A stretch of 64,000 nucleotides of DNA. It comes from Felis catus. Taxonomy: Eukaryota. How positions within the stretch are numbered: the stretch's first letter is position 1; every line of letters begins with the position of its first letter. Positions 37,997 to 50,770 of the stretch are shown one piece after another. A program made the position numbers and the translations under genes. The stretch covers positions 19,718,001 through 19,782,000 of the forward strand of contig NC_058369.1 in assembly GCF_018350175.1 (NCBI RefSeq), given 5' to 3'. The notes beneath the pieces were generated by a model. That model saw only the letters and a list, made by a program, of their open reading frames with translations. It made no database searches and was not told the origin of the DNA.

Positions 37997-38269
37997 ATGT
38001 TTACTTCCAGAGTTCTATACAATTCGAATTAGAAAGTTTTTGCCAGGATTCTAACTGCTTTTATTGAGGAGAGGCTTTTTGGAGATCCTTACTCTGCCAT
38101 TCTTGCTGATACCATTCTCTGTTCTGTTTCTTAAGATATTATAACAAGTATTAATAAAGATATTGAAACTCTCAAGGTATAAATTGAGTTTCCCAAATTT
38201 ATTATCTCAGCTGTTGAACTAAACATAAACAAGGATATTTCTTCTTTTATTGTTAAGATTTCAGGAAAG

Positions 38270-38390
38270 TTGATTACTTTCCTCATAGCTTTGTTGTGAG
38301 ATTTAAAGGTTAATACATGGAACAATCTCTCAATTACAGTACATGGAATTAAGAACAATAAACTCTCAATTATTATTAGCTGTTATCAAT
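38270..38390 (+). mobile_element. MIR fragment
   Basis: cctcatagctttgttgtgagatttaaaggttaatacatg. Confidence 0.55.
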
Positions 38391-39529
38391 AATTTCCTTT
38401 CCTTCATCTTCCTCCTTTAGATACCACTCATTGGAGATTCCCCCCCACCTTTTTTTTGATGCAAAGCTGAGTTTTACTATTGCTTTTCAAGTCATTGGTT
38501 TTATACAGTACAAGAGAAAATTCATCACTTCTTGTACAGTTCAAAAGGGCAATGGCATTGGTATATACAAGAAGAAAAGACTTGAACATTTTCTGCAATG
38601 ATAGCTCAAAGCCTATGGAGAAATCATTCTCAAAAAGTTTTATTTGTATGTGAGATTTATCAATATGCTCAGTTCTCTAAAAAAAGTTTTCATAAGTGCT
38701 TTTGATGTCTTTCAATTGTTATTTTTAAAGGACATCCAATTATATGATCTGCTTTTTCCTCTGTCCCTGTATAATCATTCAGTTTCCATTTACTAGAAAA
38801 TATTTTATAAGAGTACAATATTTGGGATAGCAAAGAGGAAAGGACGTTGATTTTTTGAGATTATAGATATCAAATACTGTTATTCTGAAGGCAAAGATAA
38901 CTAATAAATATAAGTAGGAAATGAATATATATTACTAAAAAGAGACTTTATTAGGATCTAAATTGAGAGGATATTTCCCCAAGGAAATCAAAGAAACTCT
39001 ATGCAGGCTTAGAAGCAAAAATCTTCAGAAAACATCTGCTTTTAAATAATGGAGATTTTCCTTTTTAAACCCAAGAAGAAAAACTATAACAAAACTCTAA
39101 AATAATAGATTAGAATTGAGAAAATTTGGTAATATTTCCTTTCTCTGAAAATTGTTTTTATTGTGTAATGGAAACTTTCATTATTATTGCTGTGTATGAA
39201 TGCTGAGAGGGAATAAATGAAGCACAGACGTCAACATCAGCATCTAGAAAACCAAGAAATGTTCATAGAGTTTAAGTACAGGTCCTTTGAGGTATTTTAA
39301 AATTTTTTGTGTTTTATTCAGTTGAAAGTTTTGCCTTTTGAAGAAAATTGGAAATGTGTTTATTGTAAGACTTTTCCTTTTAGAGTAAACTACTCCTAAT
39401 AAATCCACCATACTTGTACCTATCTTGGCAAGTTTTGCATTAATTTTTTCCCTAAAAATTCTCATATGGTGTGTCTTATAGGAAATGACAACAATATGAT
39501 GTTAATTTCCTTTGTATGCTTTGTTTTAG

Positions 39530-39570
39530 GTTGGTACAGAGGAGTTTCAACAAAGAAGCCAAATGTAAAG
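39530..39570 (+). CDS. DOCK3: Internal coding exon of dedicator of cytokinesis 3 (SH3 domain; exon 3 in human numbering)
   Basis: Acceptor tttgtatgctttgttttAG ends at 39529 and donor AAG|GTATGA starts at 39571. The 41 nt read GT TGG TAC AGA GGA GTT TCA ACA AAG AAG CCA AAT GTA AAG = (G)WYRGVSTKKPNVK, matching my recollection of DOCK3 ...EKCEGWYRGVSTKKPNVKGIFP... (DOCK4 has GWYRGFALKNPNIK). Phase 1-0. Confidence 0.93.
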
Positions 39571-39744
39571 GTATGATAAGTTCATTGTTACTTTTTCTAA
39601 TATAGGAACCTAACTAGTATGTTTGTTGGATATAAAAACAATTCTTACCCGCACATCTTTTAATCTTTTACAGTAGGCGCACTCATCCTTTCCTTTACAG
39701 AACTATATCAGATGCTGCTGTGTGTCAGCAGTATTAAAATGTTT

Positions 39745-39963
39745 CTCTTTCTTTTTTACTGTTTATTTATTTATTTATGAGAGAGTGAGAGAGCGCACAT
39801 GCAAGCTGGGGAGGGACGGAGAGAGGGAGACAGAGAATCCCAAGCAGGCTCTGCACTATCAGCACAGAGCCTGATGTGGGGCTCGAACCCACAAACCATG
39901 AGATCATGACCTGAGCTGAAATCGAGAGTCATATGTTTAACCGACTGAGCCACTCAGGTGCCT
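39745..39963 (-). mobile_element. Can-SINE about 175 bp downstream of the DOCK3 exon
   Basis: TSD ttaaaatgttt. Confidence 0.9.
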
Positions 39964-40646
39964 TAAAATGTTTTATTTTTTTTTAAAGGACAGAAAATGC
40001 ATGTATGATCATAGCTGCAAAGTTTATTTTGAAAAAGCCCATTAGGACACTTAATATTTTTTTCCTTCAAAAAGTAGAGACTTTTTGTAGAGATTTGACA
40101 AAAAGTAAAGACTTATTCATAGTCCTAGTCCTGTGGATCCATGGGATTATTTAGATAAGTTTATTTCTAAAATACAAAATAGAAAAAACTTTCAAATAAT
40201 GTTCAATTAGATGTCTTTGTTGATGATGATATTCTTGTTAAAATATAAATTTAAACAAGACTTTTTATGAATAGATTTTATGTATTTATTCTGTTTCCAG
40301 TTAATATTAATTTAATCAAACAAAATATATTTTAATTGGCAGTTATAATACATTTAGGAACATTGTTCTTCAGGAATGTATTTGCAAAAACTGCTTTCTC
40401 CTCACTCTTTCATATCATTAATATTAGAAGCTTTTATATATTTCTGTAGCTTAATGTTTAACGTATTTTGCTATTTTCTTGTACAGATAAATAATCAAAA
40501 TGATCATATACTGTTTTTATTAAGAAAGAAAATTGTTCAGAGTTCTAATCATCACTTTTTCCAGTACAATCATTCATTTTATTAGTTTTTATTAGTTTTT
40601 AATGATTATAAGAAGACAGTATCTTCAAATTTTAATTCCTTGCAGC

Positions 40647-40838
40647 CAGGGCATCTTACCCTTGGCACTGTTCACATTTTGGGCCAGATAATTCTTCATT
40701 GTGGGGGGTGGTCTTGTGCATTATAATATACTTGGCAGCATATATGACTCCTACTCAATAAATATCAGTAACATTTCCCCCCTTGAAGTTGTGGCAGTGA
40801 AAAATGTAGACATTGCCAAAATCCCTTCTCTACCACTA
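40647..40838 (+). mobile_element. MER20 (hAT-Charlie DNA transposon)
   Basis: cttggcactgttcacattttgggccagataattctt..gtggggg...gttgtggcagtgaaaaatgtagacattgccaaa. Confidence 0.75.
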
Positions 40839-41169
40839 CTCATCAGTAATGCTTTTGTGAAAATAATTTCTGTATTTTATGTATTTGTCTTGATTTAAAA
40901 TTACCAAAAATTTAGAATTTGAATAGATGAGAAATCTCATAAATTATTGGAAAGTTGTAATTTGTGATATTACATACTTTTTATTTATTATAGGTAATAT
41001 TTGTGACCTTGGCCACCCTATCACCTTGTTTCCAATACTAGTGTTTGAGGATCATTGTGGAGATGATAGTCATTCATATTAGTATGTTTGTAATTAAAAC
41101 AACAATTGATGAACAGTGTATGGCTTTGAAACCTTGTTGAGTGAGACATGAACTATGACACCCTTAAAA

Positions 41170-41455
41170 TATTATCTACTACTGTATAACAAAGTGTATC
41201 AAAATTTAGTGGATTAATTTAATCACCATTTTATCTCTCATTATTTTGTACCTTGACTGGGGCCACCTGGACACTTAGTTATATGGCTGTAATCATCTGG
41301 AGGATCAGCTGGCTGTGGTGTCCAAGAGGGTCTATTCACATGTCTGGCATCCTGACAAGGATGTCTGGAAGGCTCTCCTCAGCCAGATCACTGATATAGC
41401 TAGACTTTCCATATAGTCTCAAGGCTTCTCCATATGACTTGTCTAGCAGATAATC
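41170..41455 (-). mobile_element. MLT1-family LTR fragment
   Basis: ctgtataacaaagtgtatcaaaatttagtgg...gtccaagagggtctattcacatgtctggca. Confidence 0.55.
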
Positions 41456-42320
41456 AGAATTCTGTTTTAGAGTTAAGGAAAGGTGCTCAGAATCTCATAC
41501 CTATTTTCTAAATTTCCTGCAACAAAGGTGTTTAGAGACTGTAGGAGAGACTACCTTGTGATTAATCTTAGGAATGATTTCATAAGCCAATCAAAATGAA
41601 GAAACCAAATTAAACTAATCTTAAGCATTAGAGCTCATTTTTGTCTGATCAGACTCTCTTAATGTCTTTACTTTTGACTAATGACTTCTGAAATTGTGTA
41701 TTTTGGTAATACCAACTTCATTCTAGCGTCTTAGGTTATTGTAGCATTTATTAATAAAATAACTGTATGCCTTTGAATAGCGTGTGTTTGTATTCTTAAA
41801 CTTTAAAAATTTAACAACTGGAAATAAAGATAGAGATAACCATTTCATGTGGCAATGATATTTTGTGGAACCATGGTGAACATTCTTTATTATTTGTAAA
41901 ATATAATCATTTAATGATTCTACACACTTTAAAGTGATAAAAATGCATTTCTATATATCTTTTATATATAATTCTGTTTAATTGTATATATAATTTTATT
42001 TTATATTAATTATATATAATTAATATAATCACAATAAGTAAAAATTTCAGTAGGTTTTTTATAGCTGTTCGTGTTTAAAGAAAATTAAAAGGTGACTTAT
42101 TAGTATGTCTTGAGTTGTGTTTGACTTATAATAAAACTCATAATAGCCTGAATAAAATAATATCTGAACTAGATAGCAAATAGAGCATTCAGAAGTATTA
42201 ATAAGTGGTAAAACATTTCTTTCTATAAAACAGTTTATAAAACTCTCAAAGCTTAATTGTTTTGTTCTTCATGAATACTTTGTAGTAAGATACTACATTC
42301 TTAAAGAAAAACTGGGATGA

Positions 42321-42554
42321 GGAGCACCTGTGTGGCTCAGTGAATTAGGCGTCTGACTCTTGATTTCAGCCAGGTCATGATCTCATGGTTCATGAGATCG
42401 AGCCCTGTGTTGGAAACTGTGCTGACAGCGCAGAGCCTCCTTGGGATTCTCTCTTTCTTTCTGTCTCTGCCCCTCTCCTGCTTGTGCATGCTTGCATGTT
42501 GTGCGCGCGTACACTCTCTCTCAAAAATAAATAAACATTAAAAAAAGGAAAATA
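42321..42554 (+). mobile_element. Can-SINE
   Basis: TSD aaaaactgggatga. Confidence 0.9.
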
Positions 42555-42945
42555 AAAACTGGGATGATTATAAAATATGCTTTAAGTTACATATTTTTGT
42601 GACTATATATTGAAGTTTTACATTTTAAGAGGATACTATGTAGGAAAAATAAACTACTAAATTTTATGCCCAGTGATCTTAAGAATGATAGGCTTTTGTC
42701 TTTTGCATTTTTTGAAGGCTTTATTTTTGCATCATACACTCCAGGGTAAAACTTATTTAGGCTTTATAATTTTAGAAATCAAAAGTTTTTGAGACATAAT
42801 ATCTTTTGGTGAAATGTCATGTTACATAATTGTTAGGCTTGCCAAAATATTAGCTTTCTTAAGAGCATACATAAAGAATTAAAAAATAAGAGAGTTAGAT
42901 AAAATTAAGAAAAGGACAACAGATATTTGATAATTTTGTGTTTTT

Positions 42946-43163
42946 TAAAAAAATTTTTTTTCAACGTTTATTTATTTTTGGGACAGAGAGAGACAGAGCA
43001 TGAACGGGGGAGGGGCAGAGAGAGAGGGAGACACAGAATCGGAAACAGGCTCCAGGCTCTGAGCCATCAGCCCAGAGCCTGACGCGGGGCTCGAACCCCA
43101 GACCGCGAGATCGTGACCTGGCTGAAGTCAGACGCTTAACCGACTGCGCCACCCAGGCGCCCC
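42946..43163 (-). mobile_element. Young felid SINE (SINEC_Fc-like)
   Basis: TSD aattttgtgttttt. Confidence 0.95.
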
Positions 43164-43604
43164 AATTTTGTGTTTTTAAATAAAATATATGCTCATGAGG
43201 AAAAGAATGAAATTCTAGAAAGTTTATATTTCCCATTTTGTAATTAGGTTTTATGTAATAACTGTCAACTAGATACCTAGAATTCTGCCAGATAGCTACA
43301 AGGCCTTATAGAATGTTTTACATCATAAAAGCAGAGGTATAGAGGCATGAAATTGCAAGGCATGTTCAAGGAATGTTAGATACTCCAAACTGGCAAGGGC
43401 ATAGTACAGAAAAATGATGGATGCCAAAGCAGGAAAGGTAGGTTGGATCTATATTTGAAGACTCTTATATGCCAGAGAATATAAGGAATGCTAAAGAATT
43501 TGGATTTTGTCTCTCTGGCAACAGGGAATCTGCCATTTAACAGAAGAGTGTATCTACCATTGCCACACAGCATAATTATAAAATGGAGTTTATTGGAGAA
43601 ACAG

Positions 43605-43802
43605 TAAGCACCTGTTAAAGATACATATTGAAGTATTTATGCATGAATTCTAAAATTCTCTCTAACGTACTGCATTAGGTAAAAATGTGTATGTGGGGAT
43701 TAATGAATCAAGATTGACAAAATGTTGGTACTTATCAAAGCTGAGTGATGTGTTCATGGAGGTTCATTATGTTATTCTGTCTAATTTTGTGTGTATTTGA
43801 AA
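43605..43802 (+). mobile_element. L1ME-like 3' end
   Basis: gattgacaaaatgttggta...ggaggttcattatgttattctgtctaattttgtgtgtatttgaaa. Confidence 0.55.
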
Positions 43803-43915
43803 TAGGGATAACATTATTACTTCAAAGAATTGTTATGAGGAATCAGTGAACTTATATGAATCTCATAACAAAGTGCTTATTACATGATAACAGCGCAATA
43901 AATGTTTGCTTCTGT
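43800..43915 (+). mobile_element. MIR fragment
   Basis: aaatagggataac...gaattgttatgagga...aaagtgctt...caataaatgtt. Confidence 0.55.
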
Positions 43916-44293
43916 TGCTATAACAACTACTGCTATGGTAGTATAGGGCTGCAAGTGAGACTTGAGATCACCTTAGAGGACAAAAAAGAGGAACTAGCAC
44001 AAAAAGACTGAGAAATGGAGGTTATAATTGGCTAAGGAGAGGGAAGTGTGTTTTTTGTTTTTTAGAACATGGTGATTAATGATTTCAAGTACTGTGGAGT
44101 AGTGTAGTAGAATGTACTGAGTAGGGGGTATTGTGTTTTACAATTAGAAGGCCATTGGTGATTTTTAAGAGACTCCCTTTATGTGGATCCTGAGAAACTT
44201 AACAGAAGACCATGGGGGAGGGGAAGGGAAAAAAAAAAGAGGTTAGAGAGGGAGGGAGCCAAAACATAAGAGACTCTTAAAAACTGAGAACAA

Positions 44294-47200
44294 TATCAGA
44301 CAAACTAGACTTTAAATTAAAGGCTGTAACAAGAGATGAAGAAGGACATTATATAATAGTTACAGGGTCTATCCATCAGGAACAGCTAACAATTATAAAT
44401 GTCTATGCGCCGAATACCGGAGCCCCCAAATATATAAAACAATTACTCATAAACATAAGCAACCTTATTGAGAAGAATGTGGTAATTGCAGGGGACTTTA
44501 ACACCCCACTTACAGAAATGGATAGATCATCTAGACACACAGTCAATAAAGAAACAAGGGCCCTGAATGAGACATTGGATCAGATGGACTTGACAGATAT
44601 ATTTAGCACTCTACATCCCAAAGCAACAGAATATACTTTCTTCTCGAGTGCACATGGAACATTCTCCAAGATAGATCATATACTGGGTCACAAAACAGCC
44701 CTTCATAAGTTTACAAGAATTGAAATTATACCATGCATACTTTCAGACCACAATGCTATGAAGCTTGAAATCAACCACAGAAAAAAGTCTGGAAAACCTC
44801 CAAAAGCATGGAGGTTAAAGAACACCCTACTAACGAATGAGTGGGTCAACCAGGCAATTAGAGAAGAAATTAAAAAATATATGGAAACAAACGAAAATGA
44901 AAATACAACAATCCAAACGCTCTGGGACGGAGCGAAGGCAGTCCTGAGAGGAAAATACATTGCAGTCCAGGCCTATCTCAAGAAACAAGAAAAATCCCAA
45001 ATACAAAATCTAACAGCACACCTAAGGGAACTAGAAGCAGAACAGCAAAGGCAGCCTAAACCCAGCAGAAGAAGAGAAATAATAAAGATCAGAGCAGAAA
45101 TAAACAATATAGAATCTAAAAAAACTGTAGAGCAGATCAACGAAACCAAGAGTTGGTTTTTTGAAAAAATAAACAAAATTGGCAAACCTCTCGCCAGGCT
45201 TCTCAAAAAGAAAAGGGAGATGACCCAAATAGATAAAATCATGAATGAAAATGGAATTATTACAACCAATCCCTCAGAGATACAAACAATTATCAGGGAA
45301 TACTATGAAAAATTATATGCCAACAAATTGGACAACCTGGAAGAAATGGACAAATTCCTGAACACCCACACTCTTCCAAAACTCAATCAGGAGGAAATAG
45401 AAAGCTTGAACAGACCCATAACCAGCGAAGACATTGAATCGGTTATCAAAAATCTCCCAACAAATAAGAGTCCAGGACCAGATGGCTTCCCAGGGGAGTT
45501 CTACCAGACGTTTAAAGCAGAGATAATACCTATCCTTCTCAAGCTATTCCAAGAAATAGAAAGGGAAGGAAAACTTCCAGACTCATTCTATGAAGCCAGT
45601 ATTACTTTCATTCCTAAACCAGAGACCCAGTAAAAAAAGAGAACTACAGGCCAATATCCCTGATGAATATGGATGCAAAAATTCTCAATAAGATACTAGC
45701 AAATCGAATTCAACGGCATATAAAAAGAATTATTCACCATGATCAAGTGGGATTCATTCCTGGGATGCAGGGCTGGTTCAACATTCGCAAATCAATCAAC
45801 GTGATACATCACATTAACAAAAAAAAAGAGAAGAACCATATGATCCTGTCAATCGATGCAGAAAAGGCCTTTGACAAAATCCAGCACCCTTTCTTAATAA
45901 AAACCCTTGAGAAAGTCGGGATAGAAGGAACATACTTAAAGATCATAAAAGCCATTTATGAAAAGCCCACAGCTAACATCATCCTCAACGGGGAAAAACT
46001 GAGAGCTTTTTCCCTGAGATCAGGAACACGACAAGGATGCCCACTCTCACCGCTGCTGTTTAACATAGTGCTGGAAGTTCTAGCATCAGCAATCAGACAA
46101 CAAAAGGAAATCAAAGGCATCAAAATTGGCAAAGATGAAGTCAAGCTTTCGCTTTTTGCAGATGACTTGATATTATACATGGAAAATCCGATAGACTCCA
46201 CCAAAAGTCTGCTAGAACTGATACAGGAATTCAGCAAAGTTGCAGGATACAAAATCAATGTACAGAAATCAGTTGCATTCTTATACACTAACAATGAAGC
46301 AACAGAAAGACAAATAAAGAAACTGATCCCATTCACAATTGCACCAAGAAGCATAAAATACCTAGGAATAAATCTAACCAAAGATGTAAAGGATCTGTAT
46401 GCTGAAAACTATAGAAAGCTTATGAAGGAAATTGAAGAAGATTTAAAGAAATGGAAAGACATTCCCTGCTCATGGATTGGAAAAATAAATATCGTCAAAA
46501 TGTCAATACTACCCAAAGCTATCTACACATTCAATGCAATCCCAATCAAAATTGCACCAGCATTCTTCTCGAAACTAGAACAAGCAATCCTCAAATTCAT
46601 ATGGAACCACAAAAGGCCCCGAATAGCCAAAGGAATTTTGAAGAAGACCAAAGCAGGAGGCATCACAATCCCAGCCTTAGCCTCTACTACAAAGCTGTCA
46701 TCATCAAGACAGCATGGTATTGGCACAAAAACAGACACATAGACCAATGGAATAGAATAGAAACCCCAGAACTAGACCCACAAACGTACGGCCAACTCAT
46801 CTTTGACAAAGCAGGAAAGAACATCCAATGGAAAAAAGACAGCCTCTTTAACAAATGGTGCTGGGAGAACTGGACAGCAACATGCAGAAGGTTGAAACTA
46901 GACCACTTTCTCACACCATTCACAAAAATAAACTCAAAATGGATAAAGGACCTAAATGTGAGACAGGAGACCATCAAAACCTTAGAGGAGAAAGCAGGAA
47001 AAGACCTCTCTGACCTCAGCCGTAGCAATCTCTTACTCGACACATCCCCAAAGGCAAGGGAATTAAAAGCAAAAGTGAATTACTGGGACCTTATGAAGAT
47101 AAAAAGCTTCTGCACAGCAAAGGAAACAACCAACAAAACTAAAAGGCAACCAACGGAATGGGAAAAGATATTCGCGAAGGACATATCGGACAAAGGGCTA

Positions 47201-47881
47201 GTATCCAAAATCTATAAAGAGCTCACCAAACTCCACACCCGAAAAACAAATAACCCAGTGAAGAAATGGGCAGAAAACATGAATAGACACTTCTCTAAAG
47301 AAGACATCCGGATGGCCAACAGGCACATGAAAAGATGTTCAGCGTCACTCCTTATCAGGGAAATACAAATCAAAACCACACTCAGGTATCACCTCATGCC
47401 AGTCAGAGTGGCCAAAATGAACAAATCAGGAGACTATAGATGCTGGCGAGGATGTGGAGAAACGGGAACCCTCTTGCACTGTTGGTGGGAATGCAAATTG
47501 GTGCAGCCGCTCTGGAAAGCAGTGTGGAGGTTCCTCAGAAAATTAAAAATAGACCTACCCTATGACCCAGCAATAGCACTGCTAGGAATTTATCCAAGGG
47601 ATACAGGAGTACTGATGCATAGGGCCACTTGTACCCCAATGTTCACAGCAGCACTCTCAACAATAGCCAAATTATGGAAAGAGCCTAAATGTCCATCAAC
47701 TGATGAATGGATAAAGAAATTGTGGTTTATATACACAATGGAATATTACGTGGCAATGAGAAAAAATGAAATATGGCCTTTTGTAGCAACGTGGATGGAA
47801 CTGGAGAGTGTGATGCTAAGTGAAATAAGCCATACAGAGAAAGACAGATGCCATATGGTTTCACTCTTATGTGGATCCTGA
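44294..47881 (+). pseudogene. Frameshifted L1 ORF2 (endonuclease / reverse transcriptase / C-terminal domain)
   Basis: GDFNTPL, SKIDH and SDHN (endonuclease); [10 protein letters not shown] and FADD (RT); CWRGC..HCWWEC (C-terminal). Split into 384, 359 and 476 aa ORFs by frameshifts near 45622 and 46675; no start codon, ORF1 or promoter. Confidence 0.93.
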
Positions 47882-48120
47882 GAAACTTAACAGGAACCCG
47901 TGGGGGAGGGGAAGGAAAAAAAAAAAAAGAGGTTAGAGTGGGAGAGAGCCAAAGCATAAGAGACTCTTCAAAACTGAGAACAAACTGAGGGTTGATGGGG
48001 GGTGGGAGGGAGGAGAAGGTGGGTGATGGGTAGTGAGGAGGGCACCTTTTGGGATGAGCACTGGGTGTTGTATGGAAACCAATTTGACAATAAATTTCAT
48101 ATATATATATATATATATAA
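44294..48120 (+). mobile_element. Young felid L1, 3.8 kb, 5'-truncated within the ORF2 endonuclease domain
   Basis: 15-bp TSD aaaaactgagaacaa at 44279-44293 and 48121-48135; retained CpGs; (TA)n tail. Confidence 0.96.
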
Positions 48121-48449
48121 AAAAACTGAGAACAAACTGAGGGTTGATGGGGGGTGGGAGATGGGTATTGAGGAGGGCACCTGTTGGGATGAGCACTGGG
48201 TGTTGTATGGAAACCAATTTGACAATAAATTTCATATTAGAAATAAAAAGAGAATCCCATTTAATAGGATTGATAGTAGCAGAGAGCCAGAGTCTAGTGA
48301 GTAGGTAACGGGTGAAAGGAAGGAAGTAGATGTAGATTTTAGGGAGTATAAGGTTGTTGGTTTGGGGAGTAGAGAAGTCTGATGAACATTTTGCATTTGA
48401 TTTATGTAAAATTCTGGAAAATGCTGATAATTTATAATGCCTTAAACCG

Positions 48450-48676
48450 GTTTAGTGGCTGCCTACTAATAATGTTGAAAAGAGGAATGGATTACAGAAA
48501 AGATAAGAGAAAACTTTTGGGGATGATGCAAATTTCTTTATTTTAATTGTGTCCATGGTTTCACTGTATATGTACTATATGCCCAAAGCATCAAATTCCT
48601 CACATGTGTGCAGTTTATGGTATATCAGCAGTGTGTCATATATCAGCTATACCTCAATAAAGTTGTTTAAAAAAAC
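48450..48676 (+). mobile_element. Old L1 3' end
   Basis: aaacttttggggatgatg...tatacctcaataaagttgtttaaaaaa. Confidence 0.6.
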
Positions 48677-49087
48677 CATTAAATGGTTTTTTACATCAGA
48701 CCCTGAAGATGTGATTTCACATTCACTCTGAGAGTTATCATTTCAGTTTCTCAATTTACTTCTACCTTTGGTGGTTAATTTTGATACAGACTTGGTCAAA
48801 TATGAAGTAATCCTGAGAACTTATCTGATGTTATTTTTAAATGAAGGGAAAGTATAGTTGTCATCAGTAAGAGTTCTAACTGAAAATCTTTTTAAAATGA
48901 CTTTTATCGTTGTTACTCAGCATTGGAATTTTGTGTTTGTGATCTGGAATTTATCTAACAGCCACATGTTAAGTATACTCCATCAATGGGCCTTAATTAT
49001 TAGTGTGTTTGTATTGTTGTAGGTGGGGAGAAAGTGGTAGAAGTTGAAAAGAATGAAGGCTAGGTGGTATTTTGTGCAAGGCTTACT

Positions 49088-49555
49088 TGTGTTTGGAAGT
49101 CCTCAAGACCACCCTTAAGTTTGAAGATTTGCTATGAAGACCCACCGGATTCATTATATAGTTGCTCTCAAAAGCTATGAATTACTTTTTGTATTCTATG
49201 AGGAATCTGCAAAGGGAAAAAGATGAATGCAGTAAAGTCTGGAGAAATCAGCTACAGGGTTCCAAGAGTCCTTTTCCAGTGGAGTCACACAGGACAAACC
49301 TAATTCCCCCAACAACACTGTAACAACACATGTGAAATGCTGCCAACCAGAGAAGCTTGTTTGAGACCTGGTGCCCAGAGTTTTTATTGTCACTGGTGAT
49401 ATAGGCACCTTCTACTTAGTACATAACAAAATTCCGCACTCCCAGAAGGAAAGCACGTATTTAACATAAACCATATTGTTTGTGCCAAATAGTTTAGGCA
49501 CAGCGAGCAATTCTTACCAGTTAATGGTGAGAACTCTCCACAAATTTAAATTTAA
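49088..49555 (-). mobile_element. MER21-family ERVL LTR
   Basis: gtcctcaagaccacc...ttccaagagtccttttccagtggagtcacacaggac...cccagaaggaaagca. Confidence 0.72.
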
Positions 49556-49865
49556 ATATGAGAGTTTCAGTTGGTCCATGTTTCAGCAACAGTTTTCATT
49601 TTTAGTCTTTTAAATTTTAGCCATTCTAATGAATGGGCCAGCAGTATCTTGTTCTGATTTTAATTTTTATTTATCTGATGACTCAAGAGGTTAAAAACTT
49701 TTTCAAATGTTTATTGACCTGTTGCCTCATTTTTCTGTGTAGTATCTGTTTATGTCTTTCACTTACATTTTACTGGGTCTTTTTTTTTTTTTTGTAGAGT
49801 TATGTGAATTCTTTATTCTGAATACAAGTCCTTGTAAATATTTCTTCTAGTTTGTGGCTTGCCGT

Positions 49866-50020
49866 TTTCTTTTTTTTTAAAGTTTATTTATTTTGAGAGA
49901 GAGAAAGCGAGCATGCAGGGGTGGGGTAGAGAGAGAGAGAGAAAGGAAGCGGGAACTCTGGAACCATGAGATCATGACCTGAGCTGAAATACTGAACTGT
50001 CTGAGCCACCCAGGTGCACC
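49866..50020 (-). mobile_element. Can-SINE, internally deleted
   Basis: Tail and GA tract joined to ccatgagatcatgacctgagc. Confidence 0.8.
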
Positions 50021-50491
50021 TGGCCTTTTTATTTTCTTACTGTTGTGTTCTGAAGAGTAGATTTTAATTTTGAGGAAGCTAATTTGTCATTTAAGTTTAT
50101 TTTTGTTTTGGTAGAGCTAATGTTCTGTCCTTAGTATCTTTGTCTAATTCATTTTCTGTCAGTTAGGTTAGTTGTATTTTGTAGGAAATTTGTCAAAAAT
50201 ACTTTTGATTTTTTTGTTATAGTTATTCAAGCTATTTATTATTTTTTTAATGTCTGTAAGATATTCAGTGGTAATCCCTCCTTCATTCCAGATTTTAGAA
50301 ATTTGTGCCCTCTTTTTTTCTTGATCAAATCTACATAGATTTTTGTTGTTTTGTTGATCTTTTGAAAAAAATTAACAACTTTTGACTTCAAACATTTTTT
50401 GGTTGATTATTTCAAAGATCACTGCTTTCCATTATCCTAGTCATTTTATTTACTTTCGGATTATTCACTTTTATTTTTAAAAGGTGTTTTT

Positions 50492-50669
50492 GGAAGTGCC
50501 TGGGTGGCTCAGTTGGTTGAGCATGCAACTTCAACTCAGGTCATGATCTTAGGGTTCATTAATTTGAGCCCTATGTTGAGCTCTGTGCTGACAGCTCAGA
50601 GCCTGGAGCCTGCTTCAGATTCTGTGTCTCCCTCTCTTTCTGCCCCTTTCCTGCTCACACATACATACA

Positions 50670-50723
<54 letters not shown>

Positions 50724-50770
50724 CTCTCTCTCTCTCAAAAATAAATAAAAATAAAAACATTAAAAAAATA
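50492..50770 (+). mobile_element. Can-SINE containing (CA)n at about 50674-50718
   Basis: gtgcctgggtggctcagttgg head; A-rich tail. Confidence 0.9.

Larger units (their letters stand above)
1..39529 (+). other. DOCK3: DOCK3 intron upstream of the SH3 exon (intron 2, partial)
   Basis: No sequence for the preceding DOCK3 peptide (ICSFRGSVPQGLVLEIGETVQILEKCE) was seen; DOCK3 is known to have very large 5' introns. Confidence 0.7.
44178..48247 (+). mobile_element. Short felid L1 3' end (44178-44293 plus 48121-48247) split by a younger L1
   Basis: Outer TSD aagaga(c/a)tccc at 44167-44177 and 48248-48258; the two halves rejoin into one 3'UTR. Confidence 0.88.

Noticed and set aside
41940..42030. 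AT-rich palindromic-looking tract (also 21975-22052)
   Set aside because: Low-complexity TA sequence, in which self-complementarity is expected by chance.
44479..47881. Three long ORFs (384, 359, 476 aa) as a novel RT/nuclease system or an active L1
   Set aside because: They are consecutive pieces of ordinary L1 ORF2. The element is 5'-truncated, lacks ORF1 and promoter, and is frameshifted.
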